Shown: positions 28,483 to 37,576 of the stretch, piece after piece | How positions within the stretch are numbered: position 1 is the first letter of the stretch | Layout of the letters: each line of letters starts with the position of its first letter | Origin: Blastocatellia bacterium | GTDB lineage: Bacteria > Acidobacteriota > Blastocatellia > UBA7656 | NCBI GenBank assembly: GCA_035455165.1 | Contig: DATIFP010000214.1 | Location: 2,571-66,570, forward strand | DNA: 64,000 nucleotides | Direction of reading: 5' to 3' | Notes under the pieces: generated by a model | Database searches by the model: none | Told to the model about the DNA's origin: nothing | The model's input: only the letters and a program-made list of their open reading frames with translations | Made by a program: the position numbers and the translations under genes

Positions 28483-29121
28483 CTAACTTTCGGGCCACAC
28501 AGTGTCAAGTATTCGTTCCAGCGCCTCCAGCAGGTTCTCGGCGACGATATCCGGCTCGCAAGGCCAGCGGTCGGGATGCTCAAAAGTCTCGCGTCCGTAC
28601 CCGGTGAGCACCAGTGCAGAGCGAGCTCCGGCGTTGCGCGCGAGATCTATGTCGCTGGCTTTGTCTCCGATCACAAACGATCTCGCAAGGTCGATGTTGT
28701 GCTCGCGCCGGGCAGCCTCCAGCATTCCAGTTTGAGGCTTTCGGCAATTGCAATCGATCCTGTAGAGGGGGCCCCCGATCTCTGGATGATGCGGGCAGTA
28801 ATAAATCGCGTCTACGATAGCGCCCTCGCTCGCGAGCTTTTCGAGCATCGTCGAGTGAATCGCGTTAAGAGTCTGTTCCGAGTACATGCCCCGAGCGATT
28901 CCGGATTGATTGGTTATTACTATCGTCTTGAGTCCCGCCCTATTGACCAATCGCACGGCTTCCGCCGCAAACGGAAAGAGGATCAATCCCTCGGGGGTCG
29001 ACACGTAACCGATATCCTCGTTGAGCGTTCCGTCGCGGTCGATGAAGACTGCCGAATGCGGATTGCGGATTGCGGATTGCGGATTCGAAGGTGTCTCCCC
29101 ATCAACCATCGCGCGAATCAT
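28483..29121 (-). CDS. gmhB: HAD-IIIA phosphatase, D-glycero-D-manno-heptose-1,7-bisphosphate phosphatase (GmhB)-like
   Basis: VFIDRDGTLN (HAD motif I), VITNQSG and GDKASD motifs, and the CxHxxxxxC..C zinc cluster typical of GmhB / histidinol-phosphatase-like proteins. The N-terminal extension is encoded by the (GGATTGC)n repeat. Confidence 0.8.
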   Translation of the reverse strand: MIRAMVDGETPSNPQSAIRNPHSAVFIDRDGTLNEDIGYVSTPEGLILFPFAAEAVRLVNRAGLKTIVITNQSGIARGMYSEQTLNAIHSTMLEKLASEGAIVDAIYYCPHHPEIGGPLYRIDCNCRKPQTGMLEAARREHNIDLARSFVIGDKASDIDLARNAGARSALVLTGYGRETFEHPDRWPCEPDIVAENLLEALERILDTVWPES

Positions 29122-29154
29122 AGTTTCAGGACTCCGCAATCCGCAATCCTCAAT
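29058..29154. repeat. Heptamer (GGATTGC)x4 tandem repeat with an inverted partial copy, forming a long hairpin across the gmhB-like start region
   Basis: gcggattgcggattgcggattgcggattcg at 29058-29087 and ctccgcaatccgcaatcctcaatc at 29131-29154 are reverse-complementary. The predicted RBS (GGAG) and the start codons 29109/29121 lie between or inside the arms. Confidence 0.8.
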
Positions 29155-30335
29155 CAGTAGAGCGTCTCGGCGACCCCTAATAACGACGAGATGTTGTGTT
29201 GCACGAAGTCGATGCGAATCTTTGGCGCGTATGGCTGTTCATAGAACCCGCCCGCCGCTCGAGCCGGATTCGGAACCGCCGGCCTGTTTTCCTGTGAGAG
29301 CTGTCTTGTGAGCTGAAACTTCGCCGAGGCTTTCAAAGCCGTTGCAATCTTCGACGCTCGCGCGTCTCCTGTTGCACGGGCGATTCTATATGCCGCCACC
29401 ATTCCTTCCGCTCTCGATGCGGCAGGCGTCACTCTTGGAGGACCGGGTCCGAATCCCCCCGCATTGCCTTCGGGGTCGTCGTCGGAATATTGATCGGCGA
29501 TCATCGCATCGGCGAGAGCGATGACGTGGTCCGCGTACCTTTTCTCCTTGCCAACGTTGTACAGCGCTTCGAGAGCCTGCATCAGCCACGCGTCTGGGGG
29601 AAGGGTCTGAATTTGGCGCTGAGACGCGATCAGATAATCGGCGCCTCGCCGCGCAGTCCTGAGCAGTCGCTGATCGCCGTTCAACCTGAACAGACGAACA
29701 AGACCGAGGATCGCCTCACCCGGGTAGTAAAGTGAAGCGGGACCGGGCGGGTCCTTAGCTCGAAGTCGATATCGCGTATGGAATGACCCATCCCTTCGTT
29801 GCAGCATCACGATGAGATCCGCCAGTCGCCGCGCGTTCGTCCGGCTTGATGACTTCGGATCGAGCTCGATGAGCTTCGCCAGAGCCGTGAGCGCCAACCC
29901 GTTCGCTCCGAGTTTCGCCTTACCGTCATAATCCAGCACGTAGAGAGCGCGTCTCCCCGGGACGCGTCTGAAGCGAGTCTCGAGCAACTTCACCGCGCGA
30001 CGCGCCGATTCCAGATACCGATTCTCTCGCGTTGCCGAGTAGAGGTCGAGGAGAGACAACGCAGTCCCGGCGTGCCTGACGATGTTGTAGGTTTGAGATT
30101 CGAAGCGGTCGTCGGCCGCATTGTAGTAGTAGTGGAAACTGCCGTCGCCGCGCTGTACTCGCAGCAGGTAGTCGCCGCCCGCTCGCGACGCGGCAATAAG
30201 TCGATCGCGATTCAGCTCGGCGGCGCGCGCGGGTTGCCTTTGCTTGAGTGAAGCTGACGTTAGGGCTCCTGGCCCGTGTGCCAGCGCTGTCGACAGGAGT
30301 AAGAGTGAAAACGCAGTGGATCTTGCGAGCGGCAT
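29154..30335 (-). CDS. Secreted hypothetical protein with (alpha/alpha)-toroid-like repeats
   Basis: Signal peptide MPLARSTAFSLLLLSTALAHG. Repeated (Q/R)RGDGSFHYYY / RRDGSFHTRY motifs recall prenyltransferase or terpene-cyclase-type repeats. Function unknown. Confidence 0.55.
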   Translation of the reverse strand: MPLARSTAFSLLLLSTALAHGPGALTSASLKQRQPARAAELNRDRLIAASRAGGDYLLRVQRGDGSFHYYYNAADDRFESQTYNIVRHAGTALSLLDLYSATRENRYLESARRAVKLLETRFRRVPGRRALYVLDYDGKAKLGANGLALTALAKLIELDPKSSSRTNARRLADLIVMLQRRDGSFHTRYRLRAKDPPGPASLYYPGEAILGLVRLFRLNGDQRLLRTARRGADYLIASQRQIQTLPPDAWLMQALEALYNVGKEKRYADHVIALADAMIADQYSDDDPEGNAGGFGPGPPRVTPAASRAEGMVAAYRIARATGDARASKIATALKASAKFQLTRQLSQENRPAVPNPARAAGGFYEQPYAPKIRIDFVQHNISSLLGVAETLY

Positions 30336-30508
30336 CTCCACCAAAGGTTTATCACAGCGCGCGAGTCGGAGTCATGATACATCCGTGTCGACTGCGCGTG
30401 TGTGAAGACCGAGGCTTTGCCGAGAGATCTCCGGCAGACGTACTGGGCCTACCGCGTCGCTGAAAGAGTCGTTGGCGGGTGTCGCAACCTGCTAACCACG
30501 GGCCGCCG

Positions 30509-33046
30509 CTAAAGCACTTCAATGCGGCTCGCATTGTACGAGCCATCCGGTTGCGCCGTGCCTTTGACCTCGACCTGCGCGCCGACTGCTGCTGCTCCTT
30601 TGTCCTGGCGGATCTCGGTAGAAGAGAAAACGTGAACAGTCACCCCGGCCACTTGCCAGTTGCCGACAAAACCGCTGGGAGGCATGGCCTGGACTGTGCC
30701 CTTAAAACTTGTTTCGCTTCCTCCTCCTCCGCCACTACCACTCGACTTGACCTCAACGCGAGTGGCAATCGTGGACCCGTCCGGCTGGGTTGTGCCCCGG
30801 ACCTCGACCAGCGCGCCGACGACTGCCTGCCCCTTATCCTGTCGAAGCTCAGTAGAAGCCAACACGTGAACCGTATGGCCCGCAACTCGCCAATCACCGA
30901 TGAGTCCGCTGGCGGGCAGGCTCTCGATCAAACCTTCAAAAGTGGTTTCGCTGCCGCCGTCGCCAGACCCGCCGCCGCCGAAATCATCGCCTCCAGCCTG
31001 GAACGTGCCGCGAAGGACCACCTGACCGGCGGGAGTGCGAATTTCTATTACTTGAATCGCGGTTACCGGCCTGAGCGCCGGTGGCAGCACGCTGCCACTC
31101 GACCCGTCGCTGGTGAACTCGACTCTCAGATAGCCTCCCTGAGCGAGGAACGAACCAAGGCTCACCGTGTCGGCAAAAATTTCATAAGCGGATCCAGATG
31201 CGAGTCCATCTGCTTCCACTCGCAGCTTGTCTCGCTCGGACTCTATCTCGGCTCGCGCCCTTCCGCTTGCCTGCCCAATCACACCGGTCGGGTTGAGCGT
31301 TGCCTCTTTTTCGACCGACTGCCCTCCTCCCTGTCCCGGGGCGGGTGTGGGCAAAAACGTATTCGAGAGTACGACTCGATCTTGTGCATCGCGCACCTCG
31401 ACTCTCTTTATGTTGGTTACAGGATTGAGAGCGGCAGGCAATGCCGGGTGCTCACTCGACGCCACGTTCGAGAATTCGATCTCGAATGCTCCGTAGTTAC
31501 TCGACCTTGCGCGATCGCGATTGGGGTCGGTCGAACTCGTGCCGTCGACGATCACGTTTCCGTCAACGACTAACTTGTAAGCAGCACGGGGCTGAAGCTG
31601 TTCGGCTTCGACTTCGAACTTCTGCTCGGTGCCAGTGACCGAGACCTCAGCCTTGCCGTGCGCCGTCGGCTCGACGCCGGTCGGGAGCAAGGCGATCTCA
31701 CTGCGATTGCTCGTGCCCGAGTCGAGACTCTGAAGCGCGCGAAGTGGATCGATACGGCCCTTGCCGAGCCTTCCCGCAAATCCAAGGTTTTTGTCGTCAA
31801 TGCCGGTCGCGGTTCTCTCAATCACGTCTCTCACGTCGCTGCGCGGATTGTTTTCGAGAATGAGCGCCGCCTCTGCGGTGGCGAGCGGGGCGGCAAACGA
31901 GGTTCCGCTCCAGCTCGCATAATCCGGAGTGTTATTAAGCTCGGGGTAGAGGCTGAACAGATTCACGCCCAGCGCGCTGACCGAGACGTTGCTCCCGAAG
32001 TTGGAGAAACTCGCCTTGCGGTTGCTGGAATCAATGGCGGCTACGCCGATTACTTCGGTAATCCAGTTTGCGGGGAACTGCGGCGCGAGGTCGTTGCCTT
32101 TGTCCTCGTTACCAACGGCCGCGACCAGGGACACGCCGCGCTGACGCGCGTAGGCAACGGCGTCGTGCAGAACAAGCGAATCTTCCGTTGTGCCAAAGCT
32201 AAGATTGATCACGCTCGCTCCGTGATCCACCGCGTACTTGATTCCCTGTGCGACGGAGAATGCATCGCTGACGCCCTCGGGCGAGAACGCGCGAATCGGC
32301 ATGATCTTTGCGCTCGGAGCAATCAGGGCGATCAATCCGGCTATAAAAGTCCCGTGCCCGGCGACGCTTGCTTGAGGGTCGCCGCGCTGTTCCATCGTAT
32401 CCTGGTTGCTGTCGAGGAAGTTCCATCCGAATACGTCATCAACCAGGCCGTCGTTGTCGTTGTCGATGTTGTCGCCCGGAATCTCGCCGGGATCCGTCCA
32501 GACGTGATCCCGGATGTCCGGGTGATTGCGATCGATCCCGGTGTCGATCACGGCAACGATTACCCCCGCGCCTCGCGCTCTCAGTTGAATCGCGGAAAGA
32601 TCGCCGACAAGTTGTTGCGACAGGTAATTCGCTTTGGCCTGACCGGTCGTCGGGTGATCTCCGGGAAAACCGATTACCGCGCGCCCGAAGACGTTGATCG
32701 GCGTCGTGATCACCGGGTTTAGCGTCGCGCTCAGGACATCCTGGTCTTTGCTGAGCTTCTTGCGAAACTTGTTCTCTTTCTTTCGCTTCGGGGTTTGCAG
32801 GCGGTAGACATTCGTGCCGTAAATGCGCTGGATCGTAATGGTGCCAAACCGCTCGTTGATTGCGTCGATCGACGCGCCGGGTTTGACTTCAACCAGCACC
32901 TCGCCGCGTCGAAAATCATCCACGCCTTGCGCCCGGGACTGCGCAGCAAACAGCGCGGTCGCAAGGAACAGGATCAACGCGAAAGAAATGGCTTTGAACG
33001 ATCTGAACAACATGGCGTCCCTCTTATGAGTCTGTTGCTTCTTCAT
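30509..33046 (-). CDS. Secreted S8 family subtilisin-like serine protease with C-terminal tandem repeat domains
   Basis: Signal peptide. Catalytic Asp (VIVAVIDTGID), His (HGTFIAGLIA) and Ser (GTSFAAPLATA) motifs. The C-terminus has two ~90-aa tandem repeats (..VAGHTVHVLASTELRQDKG.. / ..VAGVTVHVFSSTEIRQDKG..). Its ATG overlaps the upstream gene's TGA (GTATGAAG). Confidence 0.9.
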   Translation of the reverse strand: MKKQQTHKRDAMLFRSFKAISFALILFLATALFAAQSRAQGVDDFRRGEVLVEVKPGASIDAINERFGTITIQRIYGTNVYRLQTPKRKKENKFRKKLSKDQDVLSATLNPVITTPINVFGRAVIGFPGDHPTTGQAKANYLSQQLVGDLSAIQLRARGAGVIVAVIDTGIDRNHPDIRDHVWTDPGEIPGDNIDNDNDGLVDDVFGWNFLDSNQDTMEQRGDPQASVAGHGTFIAGLIALIAPSAKIMPIRAFSPEGVSDAFSVAQGIKYAVDHGASVINLSFGTTEDSLVLHDAVAYARQRGVSLVAAVGNEDKGNDLAPQFPANWITEVIGVAAIDSSNRKASFSNFGSNVSVSALGVNLFSLYPELNNTPDYASWSGTSFAAPLATAEAALILENNPRSDVRDVIERTATGIDDKNLGFAGRLGKGRIDPLRALQSLDSGTSNRSEIALLPTGVEPTAHGKAEVSVTGTEQKFEVEAEQLQPRAAYKLVVDGNVIVDGTSSTDPNRDRARSSNYGAFEIEFSNVASSEHPALPAALNPVTNIKRVEVRDAQDRVVLSNTFLPTPAPGQGGGQSVEKEATLNPTGVIGQASGRARAEIESERDKLRVEADGLASGSAYEIFADTVSLGSFLAQGGYLRVEFTSDGSSGSVLPPALRPVTAIQVIEIRTPAGQVVLRGTFQAGGDDFGGGGSGDGGSETTFEGLIESLPASGLIGDWRVAGHTVHVLASTELRQDKGQAVVGALVEVRGTTQPDGSTIATRVEVKSSGSGGGGGSETSFKGTVQAMPPSGFVGNWQVAGVTVHVFSSTEIRQDKGAAAVGAQVEVKGTAQPDGSYNASRIEVL

Positions 33047-35895
33047 ACTGGGTTCCCCATGAGCACAAACGGCGCCCAGTAATATGGATGGCCGTAGGCC
33101 TCCTTGATGACAAGCTGGGCGCTGCGCAACGCACTACTCTTGCTGGCGCCGGCTCGAATCTGCGAGTACATTTCGCGCATGAACTCGGCTGTCGACCGAT
33201 CGCTAACCGCCCAAAGGCTTGCTACCACCGACGGCGCGCCGGCAAACAAGAAACCGCGCAGCAGTCCGTGCAGCTCGTCGCCCGGAAAAACCTTATTCAC
33301 GCCTGTGTGACATGCAGACAGCGTCACGAGCTCCGCGTTCAGCTTGAGATCCAGCAAGCTGTAAAAATGCAGATTCGCGTCTGCCAGCTTCAAGAATGAA
33401 AACATAGGATTGTCGCGGCGAAAGTAACCGTGTGACGCAAGGTGGAGGAATCGCGCGCGCGGCGCAGCTTCAAACAAGTTTTCAAGCGTCGCTTCCTCAC
33501 TTGTCAATCTCACCGAGTCAGGAAACAAGACTCCCAGCTCATCAATCTCGTCGTCGATGTTCGGCGTGCCCGGCTCCGCCAGACCGAGAGCCACGAGGGT
33601 GTCGCTCGGCGAACCATCGGACGTCCCGGCCCTCGTCCGGCACAGCTTAAGGACGGTCGCGCTGGGCGCGTACGATATTTCGAAACGGTCGATCAGATAC
33701 CCGCTGCCGTCGTGCAGCGCGTGAAAGGGCACGTAATGCAACGCGCCGTGTGGAATGACAATCAAGCGATCGCAGGTGAGCGCCGCTTCGATGGGCGCGG
33801 CGATCAAGTGATAGAGTTGGCCGAGGATTTCGTTGGCCGCCCGGCGCAGCTGGCCGAAATAGGCTTCGACGTATTCAGATCCGTAATTGAATTTTTCGAT
33901 CTGAAACCTCAGCGTCGCCAGCAGCCGCTCAACCTCATCCTTTCTGGCAATGCGTCGCGCGACCTGGACTTCATCGCGTGAAGCGATGAAAGCCGAGACG
34001 TGGCCGGCAGTCGTAAAATACTCGACGACCGTTTCACCGGGCTCGAGCACAGCCTGCAGGTCTTCGAGAGAGGCGCCTCTCATCCGATGTATATCGGCGA
34101 ATGCCGGCGCTTCGGTCTCAAGCCGGTTGAAGAGTTGAGCGATCTGGCGTTCACATCGCGCGACTGCGTGCCGATAATGGCCGGCCCTATCGGCGCTGCG
34201 CTGATCGCCTTTGTCTTCGGCTAGCCCGGCTTGCGCCCCGTACCAGTTCAAATCCTCGATCAACTTCGAGATCCGTTCGCGCGTCCCGGGCGCCACCCTG
34301 CTCTCGGCACGGGTTTCGGAGGTGCCCCGGACGTAGCGCGCCAGCAGATCCGCGAGCGCTCGCGACTTAGACGATTCGACCAATCCGAAGGCTTCTTCGA
34401 CGGAGTCGTCGGTGCCGCTGTCGAGGCAGGCAGCGATTGCGTCTTCGTAGGCGTGAATCTTGTCGTGGAGAAAACTCGCTTTGAATTCGTCCGCCGCGAT
34501 CCCTCCTCGCATCTTTTCGATTATCTCGACGGCCCGTCGAAAGCTATCGAGGGCGAGCGGGCTGTCTTTGCGTTCTCGAGCGACGCGCCCGATGAGGTGG
34601 TGACACTGATAAGCCACGGAGGGAGCCGACAGATCTCCTAGCGATTTGAGCGCAGCCTTCGCCATCCGCGACGCGCGTCTCAGATCGCCCGCGCCGTAAG
34701 CGGCGCGCGAGCCGAGCGACCGTGCGTAGGCGGCTCGCGTTGAGAGCTTCTGCCGCGCGAACACGCGCAGAGATGAGGCTGCATAGCGCGCCGCTCCCGT
34801 ATTGTCGTTGCGGCGGAGAGCCAGCTCGGCGAGATAGGACTCGATCAATGCGGCAAGTGTCGTGTTGCCGGTTTCGGCGAAGATCTGTCTGGCTTCAAGG
34901 AAGTCTCGCTCCGCTCGCTCGTGTTCCTCCTGACCCATCGCGGCGAGCGCGTGGACAACGGCCGCCTGCGCGGACTCGTAAGGCAGGTTCAGTTCGGCGA
35001 ATGCTTCGCGCGCTGCCGCGGCGTTTTCCGAGGCGTCGTCAAACGCATTCAAAGCGAGCAGTATCTCGGCGATCTCGTGTCTGCACCAGGCCACAAGCTG
35101 AGTGCTTCCAAGCCCCTCGAGATCTTCGCGAGCTCGATAGTGCGTGGTAAGAGCGGCGTTGTAGTTGCCGCGGAGGAATTGCAGATAGCCGATGTGGAAC
35201 CGCGTCTGCGCGGCCCACAGCTTCTGTCCCGATCGCTCCATGGTTCTCGCCGCGCTTTCCAGCAATCGAAGCGCGTCGCTGTGCCTGTCCACCTCCATCA
35301 AAGCGTGTGATAGGTTGGTGTCCACAACTGCGCGCATCGTGTCGTCCCCGCAGGATTCGAGGATCTTTCGCGCGCGCTCGTAATGCTCGATCGCTTTCCG
35401 GTACCGATCCAGACGGTAGTAGAGGATTCCGACGTTTGTTTCCAGTTGCGCGAGATAAACCGGCGAGCGGACGGACAGCACCCGGCGGGAGGCTCGCGCC
35501 GTTGCGAGCGCTTCGTCGTAGCGGCCCATTTGCGTGAGAGCAAACACGCGATGCATCTGTATGACCGCGGTGTCCGTCGTGAGCCTGGCTGCGCGCGTGG
35601 CCCGAATCGCGCTCTGGTAGAGCGAGTCGGCCTCGTCATATCGGCCGATATGATGCAGCACGCGGGCTCGGCTCGCTTCGGCGAATCCCTTCGAGAGACC
35701 ATCGCCGAGCGCCGCGGCCACCTGCTCAACGCGCTCGGACAGGCGCCTCGCAGCGTTGAGGTCGGAACCAATCAGACGATCCACTTCCGCTTTGAGCGCG
35801 GAGACTGTCTCCCAACTCGACGAAATCGCTTCCTCGCGCAGAAAAACATCCGCGCTTTCGGCATTGATCAGTTTTTCTCCGAGTTCTCTACTCAC
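33043..35895 (-). CDS. TPR repeat plus CHAT (caspase-like peptidase) domain protein
   Basis: 950 aa. The N-terminal ~600 aa are TPR-like helical repeats. C-terminal CHAT signatures carry a His (FLHLASHGYF) and a Cys (LVTLSACHTG) dyad. No signal peptide. GTG start. Confidence 0.85.
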   Translation of the reverse strand: MSRELGEKLINAESADVFLREEAISSSWETVSALKAEVDRLIGSDLNAARRLSERVEQVAAALGDGLSKGFAEASRARVLHHIGRYDEADSLYQSAIRATRAARLTTDTAVIQMHRVFALTQMGRYDEALATARASRRVLSVRSPVYLAQLETNVGILYYRLDRYRKAIEHYERARKILESCGDDTMRAVVDTNLSHALMEVDRHSDALRLLESAARTMERSGQKLWAAQTRFHIGYLQFLRGNYNAALTTHYRAREDLEGLGSTQLVAWCRHEIAEILLALNAFDDASENAAAAREAFAELNLPYESAQAAVVHALAAMGQEEHERAERDFLEARQIFAETGNTTLAALIESYLAELALRRNDNTGAARYAASSLRVFARQKLSTRAAYARSLGSRAAYGAGDLRRASRMAKAALKSLGDLSAPSVAYQCHHLIGRVARERKDSPLALDSFRRAVEIIEKMRGGIAADEFKASFLHDKIHAYEDAIAACLDSGTDDSVEEAFGLVESSKSRALADLLARYVRGTSETRAESRVAPGTRERISKLIEDLNWYGAQAGLAEDKGDQRSADRAGHYRHAVARCERQIAQLFNRLETEAPAFADIHRMRGASLEDLQAVLEPGETVVEYFTTAGHVSAFIASRDEVQVARRIARKDEVERLLATLRFQIEKFNYGSEYVEAYFGQLRRAANEILGQLYHLIAAPIEAALTCDRLIVIPHGALHYVPFHALHDGSGYLIDRFEISYAPSATVLKLCRTRAGTSDGSPSDTLVALGLAEPGTPNIDDEIDELGVLFPDSVRLTSEEATLENLFEAAPRARFLHLASHGYFRRDNPMFSFLKLADANLHFYSLLDLKLNAELVTLSACHTGVNKVFPGDELHGLLRGFLFAGAPSVVASLWAVSDRSTAEFMREMYSQIRAGASKSSALRSAQLVIKEAYGHPYYWAPFVLMGNPV

Positions 35896-35995
35896 AACTC
35901 ATCCATCAATCTGCCGGTGTCGCCCGTCTGCTCCACTTTCCAGCGTGTGCTTGTTTCCAAGCTGTGGGCATCAGTCGATGCGGGATTATTTTCGG

Positions 35996-36619
35996 TTAGG
36001 ATTCGATTAGAGGAAGATCCGGAACGGTGATGCTTCCCTCGGACAACTCGACTCGCAGATCGTAGACGCCGGGCTCCATACCGCTGATTTTGAACTCACC
36101 CATCGCATCGGTCACCGTCGAGAAAACAACCGTTCCCTCGCGCGCAAGGTTCAGCGTCAGGCCGGAGACTGATTCAAAGGTGGTTTCGCCTTCCTTGAGC
36201 ACTTGTCCGATCAAGTCGGCGCGCGCCTGCTCGGATTGCGCGATCTGTAAGTCCACGCTGTAATCGCCCGCACTGTAGAGCAATTGCCGGTTGGCCGTCT
36301 CAGTCGAGCGGACCCCGGCCAGAGCCGGGCGCGCGAAACTATCGAATACCAGCGCGGCGATCGCCTGCCCGATGCGTTTGCCCAGCCTGGGGCGCTGTCG
36401 CGCGGTGTCAAAGACTCTAACCGCGCGTTTGAGCACCCAGGCCGGCGGCGCAATGGAGTCATCACTGGCGGCAACGCCTCGCACCCTCTGATACCAATCG
36501 CGGTTTTCCGCACAACCCTCACATCCCCTGGCTAGATGGTTCGCGATTTGTGCGCCGTCTGACTCCTGGAGCCGGTTATCGAGGAAGTCGATCAGTCGCT
36601 CAAAGCTTGGGCAATTCAT
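35996..36619 (-). CDS. Anti-sigma factor (zf-HC2 N-terminal domain, C-terminal carboxypeptidase-regulatory-like beta domain)
   Basis: MNCPSFERLIDFLDNRLQESDGAQIANHLARGCEGCAE is a typical ChrR/RsrA-type zf-HC2 motif. Start at ATG 36619 (GGAG 9 nt upstream). Confidence 0.75.
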   Translation of the reverse strand: MNCPSFERLIDFLDNRLQESDGAQIANHLARGCEGCAENRDWYQRVRGVAASDDSIAPPAWVLKRAVRVFDTARQRPRLGKRIGQAIAALVFDSFARPALAGVRSTETANRQLLYSAGDYSVDLQIAQSEQARADLIGQVLKEGETTFESVSGLTLNLAREGTVVFSTVTDAMGEFKISGMEPGVYDLRVELSEGSITVPDLPLIES

Positions 36620-36694
36620 CGTTTTTTGCTCCTGGTTCATCTCCGCCATTCCTGAAGAGGGTCGCACGGCCCTAAAAATACATTCGTTTTCCTG

Positions 36695-37303
36695 TCAAAT
36701 CTTGCCCTCCAGGAGCTTTCGCAGTTTTTCCAGACAACGGGCTCGTGTGGGGCCAACCGAGGGCACCGGCATCCTTATTCGGCGCGCGATGTCAACATAG
36801 CTTAACTCGTCTTTTTCGTAAAAGAGCAGGGTTATGAGTTGCCGGCACCGCTCTGGTAGCGAATCCACCCCTTGACGCAGGTATTGTTGCTGCTCGAGGG
36901 CTTCGCGCTGCTCATCGGCGAGCGGTCCGATCGCCGGGATTTCTTTCACAAACTCGACGCTCTCATCGTCGGTGGAGCCGGCCGGGACACCCCCTTTTCG
37001 ATTCCGCGCTGATAAGCGCCAGCATTCCCGAGACGTCGTAGTGATCAACCACGAGCTTATCCTCTCGGTATCGCGTATTGTTGCGAGCTTTTGGTATAGC
37101 TTAAGACACACCGATTGAAAGATGTCCGAGGCGTCGTCTTGTGAGAGGCCGGTCTTCATCGGTATCGAGTAAATCAACCGTTGATATCGGGTGATCAGCG
37201 ATTCCCAAGCGGATTGGTCACCGGATAGACAAGCAGCCACTAACTCGCGATCATCGCGCACCGCAGTCGTAGCCGGCGCTTCAGCTAGAGTTTGGCTCTT
37301 CAT
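36695..37303 (-). CDS. RNA polymerase sigma-70 factor, ECF subfamily
   Basis: Region 2 (ESLITRYQRLIYSIPMK..DIFQSVCLKLYQKL) and region 4 (ELSYVDIARRIRMPVPSVGPTRARCLEKLRKLL) signatures. Its stop lies 28 nt upstream of the anti-sigma gene. Confidence 0.8.
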   Translation of the reverse strand: MKSQTLAEAPATTAVRDDRELVAACLSGDQSAWESLITRYQRLIYSIPMKTGLSQDDASDIFQSVCLKLYQKLATIRDTERISSWLITTTSRECWRLSARNRKGGVPAGSTDDESVEFVKEIPAIGPLADEQREALEQQQYLRQGVDSLPERCRQLITLLFYEKDELSYVDIARRIRMPVPSVGPTRARCLEKLRKLLEGKI

Positions 37304-37408
37304 TCCGTGTTTCCAGCCGACTTGATTTCCAGCAGGAGTGAGGTGGCATCCCAACAAGCGGGCACTGAGATTTTATCAAACCGGGTGACGTCAAGGAAGA
37401 AGATGCGA

Positions 37409-37450
37409 GAAAAAAGTAAAATGCCGCCAGAGCCTCGCGTCCGGCGGCAT
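37409..37450 (-). terminator. Rho-independent terminator (GC-rich hairpin plus U-tract on the minus strand)
   Basis: Minus-strand reading: GCCGCCGGACGCGAGGCTCTGGCGGC followed by ATTTTACTTTTTTCT. ~130 nt downstream of the stop of the upstream ECF sigma gene (37577). Confidence 0.6.
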
Positions 37451-37530
37451 TTCTTAATCTCGTTTTGATTTTGAGATGTCCGACAACTTCCGTTTGTCGC
37501 TTGTCAATGAGTGCGCGCGCTTTGAGATCA

Positions 37531-37554
37531 TTCGACAAACTAAAGTTTGTCGAA
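37531..37554. promoter_or_regulatory. Perfect 24-bp palindrome TTCGACAAAC-TAAA-GTTTGTCGAA, candidate operator
   Basis: Seen directly. Additional GTTTGTCG / CGACAAAC half-sites lie at 37478-37505 in the same intergenic region between two ECF sigma genes. Confidence 0.4.
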
Positions 37555-37576
37555 CAAGTTTGTCCGACCATTGACA

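Noticed and set aside
29058-29154. Considered whether the GGATTGC array could be a CRISPR array
   Set aside because: The units are only 7 bp, contiguous with no spacers, and the inverted copy is 40 nt away, so this is a simple tandem/inverted repeat and not a CRISPR.
31658-32722. 354-aa and 364-aa ORFs (30479..31573) antisense to the S8 protease
   Set aside because: The protease catalytic triad motifs are on the minus strand. The plus-strand ORFs have no motifs or RBS.
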